Source: Acidimicrobiales bacterium
GTDB lineage: Bacteria > Actinomycetota > Acidimicrobiia > Acidimicrobiales > SZUA-35
DNA length: 64,000 nucleotides
Reading direction: 5' to 3'
Assembly (NCBI GenBank): GCA_033851875.1
Contig: JAWSVN010000044.1
Span: 115 to 64,114, forward strand
The notes under the pieces were generated by a model. It saw nothing but the letters and a program-made list of their open reading frames with translations. It was not told where the DNA came from and did no database searches. Positions 1 to 8,850 of this stretch are shown one piece after another. A program made the translations under genes and the position numbers. Position 1 is the first letter of the stretch, and each line of letters opens with the position of its first letter.

Positions 1-31
1 GGTTCATCGCTGCCAAAGAACCGGCCCGTTC

Positions 32-430
32 ATGGCTGTCACACCCCCTCGGCATGATGACGGGCGTGGAGATGTGGGCATGAACTCGATCGAGTTCGCA
101 GACCTGGCACGCCAGCTCGGCGATGCCACTCGGGCCGCCGGTCATGACGTGCCGGCGTTCCGCAGCCCGCCGCGCCGAGCCGGCGTGCGTCGCACGATCA
201 CCCGCCGGGGCGGCTCGGCCCTGATCTCGGTCGCGATCCGTCACCGACCGGCGACGGCGGTGGCGGCCGACCTGATCGAGGGCATCGTCGTCGCCAACGA
301 CCTCCGGGGCGAGCCGGCGGCGGGCGCCCTGCGCGACGAGTTGTGGGCCACGGCCGAAGCGGTGATCGTCAGCACTCCCGAGACGGTCCGCCACTCCCGC
401 ACCCCGGTCGACCGACAATTGGCGGCATGA
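32..430 (+). CDS. hypothetical small protein (132 aa; alternative ATG at 80)
   Basis: ORF-track ORF with strong third-position G/C bias. Its stop overlaps the ATG of the next gene (ATGA at 427-430), suggesting translational coupling. No family recognised. Confidence 0.55.
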   Translation: MAVTPPRHDDGRGDVGMNSIEFADLARQLGDATRAAGHDVPAFRSPPRRAGVRRTITRRGGSALISVAIRHRPATAVAADLIEGIVVANDLRGEPAAGALRDELWATAEAVIVSTPETVRHSRTPVDRQLAA

Positions 431-1371
431 CCGCCGTCCCCCTCCAGGAGCGACTCAATCCGGCCCAGCAGCGCATCATCGACGAACTCGGGTCGACCGA
501 CCGCCCGACGTTCGCCGACAACCTCGCCGAGGTCCTGCGCACCGAGCTCGTCGGCGAGCTCGATCCCCTCGTCCGCGAGCGTGACGACCAGGTCTTCATC
601 TCGAAGCGGGTCCTCAACCTGATCCACGGCTGCGAGACCCGCCACGTGGCCGAGAACGACGCGGAGTTCGAGTGGTCGGTGCCGGCCGCCCGGGGCACGG
701 TCGCCCACAAGGCGATCGAGCTCCTGGTCGCGTGGCGAGGCGAGCCGACGGCCCTCGACCTCGTCGACGACGCTTTCGCTCGCCTCGAGAACGGCGACCG
801 CAACATCGCCGAGTTCCTGCAACAGCTCGACCGGGCCGACCGGGCCGAACTGGCGGGCCAGGTGAACGGCTTCGTCAACACGTTCCTCGAGACGTTCCCG
901 CCCCTCAAGCGGAAGTGGGCGCCGGTGGCCGAGAGCCGGTCTCGTGCGTTCCTCTGCGACGACCGGGTGCGTCTCCAGGGCATGGTCGACCTCACCCTCG
1001 GTCGGGCCCGGGGCAACGAGGCCGGCAAGGTCCTGATCGATCTCAAGACCGGCGCGCCCCATGGCGAACACGTCCACGACTTGCGGTTCTACGCCCTGGT
1101 CGAGACGCTCAAGCTCGGGGTCCCGCCCCGCCTCCTGGTCAACTACTACCTCGAGGCCGGCGAACCCCGCAGCGAGGCGGTCACCGAAGACCTCCTGTTC
1201 TCCACACTCCAGCGGGTCGTCGACGCCGTCCACAAGCTGGTCGAGCTGTCGGACGGCCGCGACCCGGCCCTGAGCCCGGGGTCGTCGTGCCGGTTCTGCC
1301 CGCTCGAACACACCTGCGAGTCGAGCGTGACCCTGATGACCGACGAGGAGCGGGCCGACCGAGGCCTCTAG
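427..1371 (+). CDS. PD-(D/E)XK nuclease, Cas4/AddB-like with Fe-S cysteine set
   Basis: Internal ATG of ORF 343..1371. 'GMVDLTLG' and 'IDLKTG' fit the D...(D/E)xK core. One N-terminal Cys ('HGCETRH') plus C-terminal 'CRFCPLEHTC' (CxxCx5C) match the 4-Cys pattern of Cas4/AddB-type nucleases. Confidence 0.7.
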   Translation: MTAVPLQERLNPAQQRIIDELGSTDRPTFADNLAEVLRTELVGELDPLVRERDDQVFISKRVLNLIHGCETRHVAENDAEFEWSVPAARGTVAHKAIELLVAWRGEPTALDLVDDAFARLENGDRNIAEFLQQLDRADRAELAGQVNGFVNTFLETFPPLKRKWAPVAESRSRAFLCDDRVRLQGMVDLTLGRARGNEAGKVLIDLKTGAPHGEHVHDLRFYALVETLKLGVPPRLLVNYYLEAGEPRSEAVTEDLLFSTLQRVVDAVHKLVELSDGRDPALSPGSSCRFCPLEHTCESSVTLMTDEERADRGL

Positions 1372-2168
1372 CCCGCGGCCGGGTCGAACGCCCCGAGGTC
1401 GCTCACCTCGTCGCCTTCAGCGACCGTGCCGCCCTCTGCGACGAGGGCGCCGATGCCGGCGAAGTTCTCGCGTTCGGCGATCACGGCCTTGAGCACCCCG
1501 AGATCGCGTTCGAGGCCCCCGGGGAAGGCCTTGGAGATCATCACGCAGCGGTCGATCTTCTTGCGGACGGTCAGCTCGGCGGCGCCGAGCCGGACCCGAT
1601 GTCGTTCGAGGGCGTCCTCGCCGCCGCCGGTCAGCCAGACGTTGGCCCGGAACCGCTCGATGCCCCACGCCGCGACGGTCTCGAGGCCGAGCAGCGACAC
1701 CCGGGTGCGTGCCGAGTCGTGGAAGGCCCCGCCGGGGCCCGTCCACTGCACCCAGTCGGCGTCGTTCTCGGCGTCGAGCGGCACCTCGTAGGTGCCGCCT
1801 TCGTCGGTCCCGACGGCCGAGCGCAGCGCGACGTCGCGCCCGAGCCAGGACGACAGCGCGGCGTCGTCGGGCCCTTCGGTGCCGTCGGGCAAGGTGATCG
1901 CCACCTCGCCGTCGACGTACCGGGCGGTAGCGAAGAGGAGTTCCGGGGTCCGTCGGGCGGTGAGGATCGTGCCCGAGGCCAGGTCCTCGATCCCGGCGAT
2001 GCGATCGCCCTCGATCCCGAGCGAGGTCAGTACGACCGTGTCGAGGCGCTCTCCGCCCATCGACTTCACAGGGAAGCGCCACAGCTGGGCGACCCGTTGG
2101 GGCGAGGCCAGGTCGGACACAGGATCGGCGGGCACTCGATCGGCGGGCACGGCATCGGGCGTCGTCAT
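1368..2168 (-). CDS. MOSC domain-containing protein
   Basis: N-terminal beta-barrel motif 'LWRFPVKSMGGE' and C-terminal 'RFRANVWL ... IDRCVMI' with the conserved Cys. Its stop overlaps the convergent nuclease stop (CTAG at 1368-1371). Confidence 0.8.
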   Translation of the reverse strand: MTTPDAVPADRVPADPVSDLASPQRVAQLWRFPVKSMGGERLDTVVLTSLGIEGDRIAGIEDLASGTILTARRTPELLFATARYVDGEVAITLPDGTEGPDDAALSSWLGRDVALRSAVGTDEGGTYEVPLDAENDADWVQWTGPGGAFHDSARTRVSLLGLETVAAWGIERFRANVWLTGGGEDALERHRVRLGAAELTVRKKIDRCVMISKAFPGGLERDLGVLKAVIAERENFAGIGALVAEGGTVAEGDEVSDLGAFDPAAG

Positions 2169-2202
2169 GGGCGCCGAGGCTAGACGCTCGGCGCCCGGCC
2201 GC

Positions 2203-3366
2203 TCAGGCGGTGGGCGCTGTCGGCGGGGAGACGGCGGCCGGTTCGCCGTCTGTGTCGTCGGGACCGCCGTCAGGACCGCCCTCGGTGGCGAAGGGCGACC
2301 GAAACCGGTGGCGATACGCCGCCCAGGCGAAGAGGCCCGAGACGATCGGAAGCCACAGGGAGATGATCCGGTAGGCGAGGGTGGCGAGCAAGGCGTTCTG
2401 GGTGCTGATGCCGGACAGGACGAGGAGGTAGGTCAGTCCGACCTCGACGAAGCCGAACCCGCCGGGGGTGATCGGGATCATGGCCAGCACGGCGGCGCCG
2501 GCGTAGGCGAGCAGGACGAGGCTGAGCCGCGGGTCGGCGCCGACGGCGTAGAGGGCGGCCACGAGCGTGAGGTAGTCGAACGCCCAGTTGCCGGCGGCGG
2601 CGGTGACGGCTCGGAGCCAGCGGGCGCCGAGGACCCCGGCCAGCCGGTCTCGTTCGGCGACCAGGTCGCTCGGGTCGAGGCACGGTCCCCGGCCGAAGCG
2701 GCCGCGGACGGCGGCGAACGCCCGCTCGATCGCTCGTCCAGTGAGCAGGAGGGGGCGATCGAACCCGACGCCGACCGAGCCGATGGCGACCAGCACGGCG
2801 AACATCACCCCACCGGCGACGGCCGCCGGCCACAGCGCCTCGGGGATCGGGGCACCGAGGAGCGCAAGCACGAAGGCGACGGCGGGGATCGCGAACAGGG
2901 CGGCGGTCGACAGGATCGAGGTGGCGGCGAGCGCGCCGCCGGCCTCGGCGGCGCCGACGCCGCTGATCGACAGCATCCGGTAGAGCGTCGCCCCACCAAA
3001 CGCGGCCCCGCCGGGCACGACCCGACTGACGGCGTTCGACACCAACTGGCTGGTCGATGCGACAAACCAGCTGACCTGCGGCAGCACCGTGCGGGTCAGC
3101 CACCACGTGCAGGCGAAGCTGACGCACTCGAGGGCGACCATCACCAGGAACCACTGGGGCCGGATCGTGCGGAGGCGAGGGGCCGCCGAGACGAGCTCGA
3201 GCAGCTCGGGCGACAGCAGCGAGAGCCCGGCGAGTCCGAGCGCGACGATGAGGCCCTGTCGGACCAGATCGCCGATCTGGGTCGCACCGGCGGGGCCGTA
3301 GCGGATCCGCTCGACCAGGGTCGCCCGATCCTCGGGCGACCGGCGACGCCATTCGATCGGTGTCAT
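2203..3366 (-). CDS. flippase-like membrane protein (UPF0104 / LPG_synthase_TM family)
   Basis: Multi-TM protein with an 'IPITPGGFGFVEVGL' motif typical of this family. ATG overlaps the maf stop (ATGA at 3363-3366). Confidence 0.7.
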   Translation of the reverse strand: MTPIEWRRRSPEDRATLVERIRYGPAGATQIGDLVRQGLIVALGLAGLSLLSPELLELVSAAPRLRTIRPQWFLVMVALECVSFACTWWLTRTVLPQVSWFVASTSQLVSNAVSRVVPGGAAFGGATLYRMLSISGVGAAEAGGALAATSILSTAALFAIPAVAFVLALLGAPIPEALWPAAVAGGVMFAVLVAIGSVGVGFDRPLLLTGRAIERAFAAVRGRFGRGPCLDPSDLVAERDRLAGVLGARWLRAVTAAAGNWAFDYLTLVAALYAVGADPRLSLVLLAYAGAAVLAMIPITPGGFGFVEVGLTYLLVLSGISTQNALLATLAYRIISLWLPIVSGLFAWAAYRHRFRSPFATEGGPDGGPDDTDGEPAAVSPPTAPTA

Positions 3367-4034
3367 GGCGTCGCGCCGTTGGATGCAGTTCCGTTCGACG
3401 CAGTTCCGTTGGACGCAGGGCCGTTCGACGCGGTGCCGTGGGTGAGGTCACGCAGCTCGACGCCGACCTCGGCGGCCAGTTCGTCGACCAGGGCCAGGGG
3501 AAGCCCGACCACCGCATCCGGGCTGCCTTCGAGCGAGCGCACGAGGAGCCCCCCTGCGCCCTGGAGGGCGTAGGCCCCGGCTTTGCCGAGGGGCTCGCCG
3601 GTCGACAGGTACCAGTCGATCAGGGCCTCGTCGAGCGGCCGCATCACGACGGTGACGTCGCTGACCCCGACCGCGATCCGGTCGCCGAGTCGGACGGCGA
3701 CGCCGGTGTGAACCTGATGCGGCCGACCCGAGAGCCGCCGCAACATCGCTGCCGCGTCGGCCAGATCGGCTGGCTTGCCGAAGCTGGTGCCGTCGAGTGC
3801 GACCTCGGTGTCGGCCGCGACCACGACCTCGTCCGGGCCGACCTCGATCGCCGTCGCCTTGGTGCGAGCCAGGCGTTGCACCAGGTCACGGGCCTTCTCG
3901 CCCGGACCAACCGATTCGTCGGCGTCCACCGGACGGACGTCGGGTCGACACCCGATGCGTTCGAGGAGCTCGCGGCGCCGCGGCGACTGCGAGGCCAGGA
4001 CGAGGCGAGGCGTCCCGGTGGACTCGGGCGACAT
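3363..4034 (-). CDS. maf: Maf-like nucleoside triphosphate pyrophosphatase with a C-terminal (NGTAS)n tail
   Basis: Homology starts at the internal ATG 4034 of ORF 3363..4880. Motifs seen: 'RLVLASQSPRRRELL', 'VVAADTEV', 'LSGRPHQVHTGVAV', 'GKAGAYALQG'. Confidence 0.85.
   Translation of the reverse strand: MSPESTGTPRLVLASQSPRRRELLERIGCRPDVRPVDADESVGPGEKARDLVQRLARTKATAIEVGPDEVVVAADTEVALDGTSFGKPADLADAAAMLRRLSGRPHQVHTGVAVRLGDRIAVGVSDVTVVMRPLDEALIDWYLSTGEPLGKAGAYALQGAGGLLVRSLEGSPDAVVGLPLALVDELAAEVGVELRDLTHGTASNGPASNGTASNGTASNGATP
3375..3437 (-). repeat. imperfect 15-bp tandem repeat encoding a G-T/P-A-S-N pentapeptide x4 at the Maf C-terminus
   Basis: Read directly from the sequence. Units ccgttSgacgcNNNN translate on the minus strand to 'GTASNGPASNGTASNGTASNG'. 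Confidence 0.85.
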
Positions 4035-4142
4035 GCCCCCATCGTAGGTCGGGCCCAAGGTCACGCCCCGCACCCGGGTCGAACGGCCCGTGGCCGACCA
4101 GGCCGATCGGCCACCACGGCGAGTGAAACCGCTGGGTGGCCG

Positions 4143-4709
4143 ATGCTTCAGGTTCGCACGGATCGGGTCGATGACCCAGTCATGGATCATGGTCGTTCGG
4201 GACGTGGTGGCAGGCAGAACGGTGGTGTCGAACGCGGGGGTCCGGGATCGAGCCGTCGATCGTCGGCCTGCCCGTCGTGCGGCCACGGGGCGCTCCCCTG
4301 GCTCGTGATGTGCGCCCGCTGTGATCAGCCCCTGACAGGCGAGATCGACGGGCCGGCGGCGGCCACGTCGCCGTCGCCGTGGGTCGACATCCCCGTCTCG
4401 GCCGACCAGCCGGCCGAGGTGGCACTGCTGTGCCACTTCCTGTCCGACCGTGGCGTGGCCTACGAGACCAGCCGTCGGTTCGTCACCTTGTCGGCCGACG
4501 CTGCCGTCGACCTGGTCGGCGACCTCGAGATCTGGGCGTTCCACCACGATCTCCCCGACGACGACCGGCACTCCGACTCCCTGGCCGCCACCCAGCGCCG
4601 GGTCGGCTCCGCCGTGCTCCAGGCGATCGAGACGGCAACCGGCGTCACGCCGCTGCCGGTCTCGTCGTCGCCGACGGTCGGCGAGTTCGAAGGCGAGGCG
4701 GTGAGGTGA
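4143..4709 (+). CDS. hypothetical zinc-ribbon protein (start 4143 or 4182 uncertain)
   Basis: C-terminal part of ORF 3360..4709. 'CPSCGHG...CARCDQP' is a CxxC...CxxC zinc ribbon near the N-terminus. Third-position G/C is high from about 4250 onward. Divergent from maf. Confidence 0.45.
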   Translation: MLQVRTDRVDDPVMDHGRSGRGGRQNGGVERGGPGSSRRSSACPSCGHGALPWLVMCARCDQPLTGEIDGPAAATSPSPWVDIPVSADQPAEVALLCHFLSDRGVAYETSRRFVTLSADAAVDLVGDLEIWAFHHDLPDDDRHSDSLAATQRRVGSAVLQAIETATGVTPLPVSSSPTVGEFEGEAVR

Positions 4710-4722
4710 CAGACTCCCCGGC

Positions 4723-5478
4723 ATGAGTCTCGTTTCCGTCGACGTGCGTGACGCCGTCGCCACCATCACCCTCAACGACCCCGACCGTCGCAACGCGGTC
4801 ACCCTCGCCATGTGCGACGAGGTGGGCGACGCCCTCGACCGGCTCGAGGCCGACCCCGAGGTGAAGGCCCTCGTGGTCACCGGCGCTGGCTCGGCGTTCT
4901 GCGCAGGGGCCGACCTGACCCACCTGGGCGACTCCCAGGAAGAGGGCCTGCTGGCGATCTACGAGGGGTTCCTGCGGGTCGGCAGGAGCCCGCTGCCGAC
5001 CCTCGCCGCGGTCAACGGTGCCGCGGTCGGGGCCGGGATGAACCTGGCCCTGATCTGCGATGTGCGGGTGGCCGCACGTTCGGCCCGCTTCGATGACCGG
5101 TTCCTGCAGATCGGCATCCATCCCGGCGGTGGACACACCTGGATGTTCCAGAACATCACCGGCCCGCAGGCGGCGGCCGCTGCGGTGTTGTTCAGCGAGG
5201 TCCTCGACGGCGAGGAGGCCGCCCGCGTGGGCCTGGCCTACAAGTGCGTCGACGACGACGCCCTGCTCGACGTCTGCCAGGAGATGGCGGCCCGCACGGC
5301 GAACGTGCCGAAGGAACTCGTGCTGCGGACCAAGCAAACGATGATCGACATCCGCGACGTGACCACCCAGCAGGCCGCGGTCCACATGGAGCTCGGCCCC
5401 CAGGCCCACTCGGCCCGTCAGCCGGCCTTCGCCGCCCAGTTGGCCAAGCTCAAGGCCAAGATCTCCAAGACCAGCTGA
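4723..5478 (+). CDS. enoyl-CoA hydratase/isomerase (crotonase) family protein
   Basis: 'ALVVTGAGSAFCAGADL' and 'AAVNGAAVGAGMNLALICD' are crotonase oxyanion-hole motifs. Confidence 0.9.
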   Translation: MSLVSVDVRDAVATITLNDPDRRNAVTLAMCDEVGDALDRLEADPEVKALVVTGAGSAFCAGADLTHLGDSQEEGLLAIYEGFLRVGRSPLPTLAAVNGAAVGAGMNLALICDVRVAARSARFDDRFLQIGIHPGGGHTWMFQNITGPQAAAAAVLFSEVLDGEEAARVGLAYKCVDDDALLDVCQEMAARTANVPKELVLRTKQTMIDIRDVTTQQAAVHMELGPQAHSARQPAFAAQLAKLKAKISKTS

Positions 5479-5514
5479 CACGCGTCGGGCGCTCGTGTCG
5501 GTCGGGCGGGCCGG

Positions 5515-6105
5515 CTACAACCAGGTGGCCGTGTACTCGGCCCGCCGCTCGGCCCACTCTTCGGAGGTGATGGCGAAGCGGAGGTGATCCTCCCAGACAC
5601 CGTCGATCTCGAGGTAGCGCTCGGCCAGCCCCTCGCAGCGCAGGTCGAGCTTCTCGACCACGCGGCGGGACGCGGCGTTGCGGGGCACGATCGAGATCTG
5701 CACGCGGTGCAGGTCGAGCTCCTCGAAGGCGTAGCGGCAGACGACCAACACCCCCTCGGGGGTGTAGCTCTGTCCGGCGTGGGCCTCGTCGATCCAATAC
5801 CCGAGGTAGGCGTTCTGGAACGGTCCTCGCTGCACCGAGTTGAGGTTGACCTCGCCGGCGAACCGACCGCCGACGAACAGGCCGAAGCCGTACCCGGTGC
5901 CGAGCTGCCACTCCCGCTCGCGGGCGTGGCAGCGCATCGCGTAGGCACTTCGGTCGTGCACGATGTCGGGGCTGTTGGGCGGTCGCTGCGGCTCCCACTT
6001 GGTGAGCCACGCCTCGTTGCTCACCCGCACCTCCTTCCACGCCTCGAAGTCGGCGAGGAGGAGGGGCCGCATCATGACCCGGCGGCCGAGGAGCGTGGCG
6101 CTCAC
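5515..6105 (-). CDS. GNAT family N-acetyltransferase (RimJ/RimL-like)
   Basis: 'AYLGYWIDEAHAGQ' and 'HRVQISIVPRNAASRRVVEKL' are typical of the RimJ/RimL subgroup. The GTG start overlaps the ppx stop (GTGA at 6102-6105); ATG codons near 6075 are alternatives. Confidence 0.8.
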   Translation of the reverse strand: MSATLLGRRVMMRPLLLADFEAWKEVRVSNEAWLTKWEPQRPPNSPDIVHDRSAYAMRCHAREREWQLGTGYGFGLFVGGRFAGEVNLNSVQRGPFQNAYLGYWIDEAHAGQSYTPEGVLVVCRYAFEELDLHRVQISIVPRNAASRRVVEKLDLRCEGLAERYLEIDGVWEDHLRFAITSEEWAERRAEYTATWL

Positions 6106-7043
6106 GAGCGCTCCTCGGCCAGCACCCCATCGAGCAGATCGGCGCTCGACACGGTCACCGCTTCGATGTCGAGGGTACGCATCGCCTCGACCAGCACGCA
6201 GAGTCCGCCGACGATCACATCGACCCGATCCGCCGGCAGTCCGGGATTGTGGGCCCGGTCGCCCGCCGGCTCGGTGGCGAGGGTGCGGAAGACGTCCTCG
6301 ACGGCCGCCTTGTCGAGCTCGACGCCGTGCACCGCCTCGGCGGTCGGTTCGGCCAGCCCGATCTCGACGGCGGCGGCGGTGGCCGCGGTCCCGCCGAGGA
6401 GGAGCACCGGGCCGGTCCCGGCCACGGTCTCGATCTGGGGGGCGATGCGAACCACGTCGTCGAGGTGGAGCTCGATCACCGACAGGGCGGCCGAGAGCTC
6501 GTCGGCGCGGGGCGGATCGTGGTGGAGGAACTGCTGGGTGACGGCGAGGGCTCCGACGGGGACCGAGACGCTGGCCAAGACACCGTCGGCCCGGGAGCCC
6601 ACCGTGAACTCGGTCGAGCCGCCGCCGATGTCGACGACCAGGACGGCGCCGTCAGTATCGAGGGCGGCGGTATCGAGGGCGGCGGTGGCGCCGGCGAAGG
6701 CGAGCCGCCCCTCGTCGGCCTCGTCCAGGATGCGCAGATCGACGCCGAGGGTGTCGGCGACCACGGCGGCCAGACGCTCGGGGTCGGCGGCTCGGCGAGC
6801 GGCGGCGGTGGCGACGGCCGTGATCTGGAAGGGCGTGCCATCGGCGGCCCGAGCATCGAGCTCGGCCCTGGCGTCGCGCAACGCGGCGGCGACCCGTTCC
6901 AGGGCGGAGTCGTCGAAACGGCCGCCGTCGGTCAAGCCGTCGCCGAGCCGCGTGACCATCTCGTGGCGCTCGAGCTCGCCGTCGTGGCTGACGAGCGCCC
7001 TCGTCGACATGGTGCCGAGGTCGAACACGGCGTGACGGGTCAC
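6102..7043 (-). CDS. ppx: Ppx/GppA family phosphatase
   Basis: Start is the GTG at 7043, overlapping the DUF501 stop (GTGA). 'VFDLGTMSTR' and 'VVDIGGGSTEF' are ASKHA phosphate-binding motifs. The longer 430-aa ORF version is Arg/Pro-rich and overlaps DUF501. Confidence 0.85.
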   Translation of the reverse strand: MTRHAVFDLGTMSTRALVSHDGELERHEMVTRLGDGLTDGGRFDDSALERVAAALRDARAELDARAADGTPFQITAVATAAARRAADPERLAAVVADTLGVDLRILDEADEGRLAFAGATAALDTAALDTDGAVLVVDIGGGSTEFTVGSRADGVLASVSVPVGALAVTQQFLHHDPPRADELSAALSVIELHLDDVVRIAPQIETVAGTGPVLLLGGTAATAAAVEIGLAEPTAEAVHGVELDKAAVEDVFRTLATEPAGDRAHNPGLPADRVDVIVGGLCVLVEAMRTLDIEAVTVSSADLLDGVLAEERS

Positions 7044-7543
7044 GACTCGACCTCGTGATCGTCGTCGGCCGACGCGATGCCCGGACGGCTGGGGTCGAAG
7101 GCTGCCCCGCGCTCGTCGAGTCGGGCCTCGACCCAGCGGCCGACGGCATCGTCGATGCCGGCCAGGTGGTGGGCGTAGTGGGCGTGGAGGCACTTCACCC
7201 CGGTGCGGGTGCCGCCCACGCCACCGGAGGGCCGCGGCCCGTCGTGGGCGCCGAGCACGGCGTCGCGCTCGACCCGCGCCCGATGGTGGATCTCGGCGAT
7301 GGCGTCGAGGCCGATCTCGGCCTCGGCGCGGTTGACCCCGCCCTCGGCCTCGAGTCGGCCGATCTCCCGGTTCACGGCGCGATCGGCGAGCCAATACCGC
7401 GTCGGCATCGGTCGACCGTCGGCCAGCAGCGGGGCGTTCTCGATCACGACCGGCGAGCCGTCGTCACGCCGGACGACCACCCGGTAGTCACCCATGGGGG
7501 CACGCCCGAGGAGCTGCGTGACGAGTTCGTCGTCAGTCGTCAC
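7040..7543 (-). CDS. DUF501 domain-containing protein
   Basis: 'VKCLHAHYAHHLAG' motif, and its position immediately upstream of ppx as in other actinobacteria. Confidence 0.75.
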   Translation of the reverse strand: MTTDDELVTQLLGRAPMGDYRVVVRRDDGSPVVIENAPLLADGRPMPTRYWLADRAVNREIGRLEAEGGVNRAEAEIGLDAIAEIHHRARVERDAVLGAHDGPRPSGGVGGTRTGVKCLHAHYAHHLAGIDDAVGRWVEARLDERGAAFDPSRPGIASADDDHEVES

Positions 7544-8249
7544 TGCCGCCGAGGAAGCGACGCAGGATCAGGAGAAGCAGCAAGGCGCCGACGACCGGGG
7601 CTACTCGCTTCACGACCGCACCACCCGAGGCGGAGACAAGATCGACCGGCTCGGGGTCGGGCGAGTCGATGACACGCACCCCGCCCTCGACGGCCGGTGC
7701 GTCCGCCACCGGCTCGGCGGCTGGCGACTCGGTGGCAGCCGGTTCGCTGGCAGGCGCCGCCTCGGCGGCGGAGGTGTCGGCCTCGGGATCGGCCGCCTCG
7801 GCCCCCTCCTCGTCGAGCTTGGCCTGGAGGTTGTCGGCGAATTGTCCGAGCAGCTTCTTCGAGACGTCCTCGATGGCGCCGCGCCCGAACTGGGCGATCT
7901 TGCCGCTGATCGTGAGGTCGGTGTGGATCTCGACGTCGGTGGCGTCGGCGCCGGCCTCGGTGAGGGTGGCGGTGACCAACGCCGCGGCGTTGCCCTGGCG
8001 GGGGTCGCGGCCCTCGGCCTTCAGGGTGGCGACCCCTGCGGCCTCGTCCTGGGACTCGAAGCGGGCCTTGCCCTTGTACTGGGCGGTGATCGGCCCGACC
8101 TTGATCTTGACCAGACCGCGGTACTCGTCGCCCTCGACCTCGGTCAGCTTCGCGCCGGGCATGCACGGGGCGATGAACTCGAGGTCGTTCAGAATCCGCC
8201 AGGTCTCGGCGACAGGCCGGTCGACGGTGAAGGTGTTGGTGAGCTCCAT
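7533..8249 (-). CDS. coxG: SRPBCC family protein, CoxG-like, with an acidic linker and C-terminal TM anchor
   Basis: Internal ATG 8249 ('MELTNTFTVDRPVAETW...APCMPGAKL'). C-terminal hydrophobic segment 'VAPVVGALLLLLIL'. Its 3' end overlaps the DUF501 start by 11 nt. Confidence 0.75.
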   Translation of the reverse strand: MELTNTFTVDRPVAETWRILNDLEFIAPCMPGAKLTEVEGDEYRGLVKIKVGPITAQYKGKARFESQDEAAGVATLKAEGRDPRQGNAAALVTATLTEAGADATDVEIHTDLTISGKIAQFGRGAIEDVSKKLLGQFADNLQAKLDEEGAEAADPEADTSAAEAAPASEPAATESPAAEPVADAPAVEGGVRVIDSPDPEPVDLVSASGGAVVKRVAPVVGALLLLLILRRFLGGSDD

Positions 8250-8797
8250 GTGGCGAGATCCTCGAGACGATCGATATCGAACGGATTGCCGATGCACCGT
8301 ACCTCACGAACCAGGTCGGGACGACTCCGCATCAGCCCTCGGGCACCTTCGTCGCCGACCCCGTCGAGCAGGGGCCAGACGGCGGCCTCGAGCTTCACCG
8401 GTGGACGGCGGTCGCCGTCGAAGGATGCTGTGACGATCTGGCCGCGACCGGCGCCGACCGTGCGCCAGGCCGCCGGGCCGACCAGGGGTTGGTCGCCGAG
8501 CCCGACCACGATGGCGTCGTGGCGGTCGGCCTCGGCCCGGGCAACGACCGCCGCCAACGATCGGGCCTGACCGTCGTGCCAGTCGGGAACCTCGACCAGG
8601 GTGACGCCGCCGGGTACCACCTCGGACAGGTCGACGGCGCCGTGGGCAACGTAGACCGTGTCGAAGCCGGCAGCGAGGGCCGATTCGATGGCCCACTGCA
8701 CCACCGGCTTGTCGCGCAGGGGGGCGAGCAGCTTGTGGGTGGGTCCCTCGAACCGGGTCCCACCACCGGCGGCGAGCACGGCAGCAGCAACAGACAC
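8189..8797 (-). CDS. MobA/MocA-like nucleotidyltransferase (molybdenum cofactor cytidylyl/guanylyl-transferase family)
   Basis: 'AAVLAAGGGTRF', 'GLGDQPLV' and 'DIDRLEDL' motifs. The tail overlaps coxG by 61 nt. Confidence 0.75.
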   Translation of the reverse strand: MSVAAAVLAAGGGTRFEGPTHKLLAPLRDKPVVQWAIESALAAGFDTVYVAHGAVDLSEVVPGGVTLVEVPDWHDGQARSLAAVVARAEADRHDAIVVGLGDQPLVGPAAWRTVGAGRGQIVTASFDGDRRPPVKLEAAVWPLLDGVGDEGARGLMRSRPDLVREVRCIGNPFDIDRLEDLATWSSPTPSPSTGLSPRPGGF

Positions 8798-8850
8798 GAC
8801 CGCCGACCCTAGCGACGTCGATGGCCTCGTCGCTCGGACTGCGCGTCCGC

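Noticed and set aside
4035-4880. N-terminal extension making Maf 505 aa
   Set aside because: Maf homology begins at ATG 4034. The extension is Arg/Ser/Thr-rich low-complexity sequence and overlaps the better-supported plus-strand zinc-ribbon ORF.
5477-5499. Possible bidirectional terminator between the crotonase and GNAT genes
   Set aside because: It has only a 6-bp stem (GACACG/CGTGTC) with an 11-nt loop and no U-tract. That is too weak to call.
7044-7394. N-terminal extension of ppx (430-aa version)
   Set aside because: The stretch is Arg/Pro-rich and overlaps DUF501 in another frame. The GTG at 7043 forms a GTGA junction with the DUF501 stop, and the ASKHA fold starts immediately after it.
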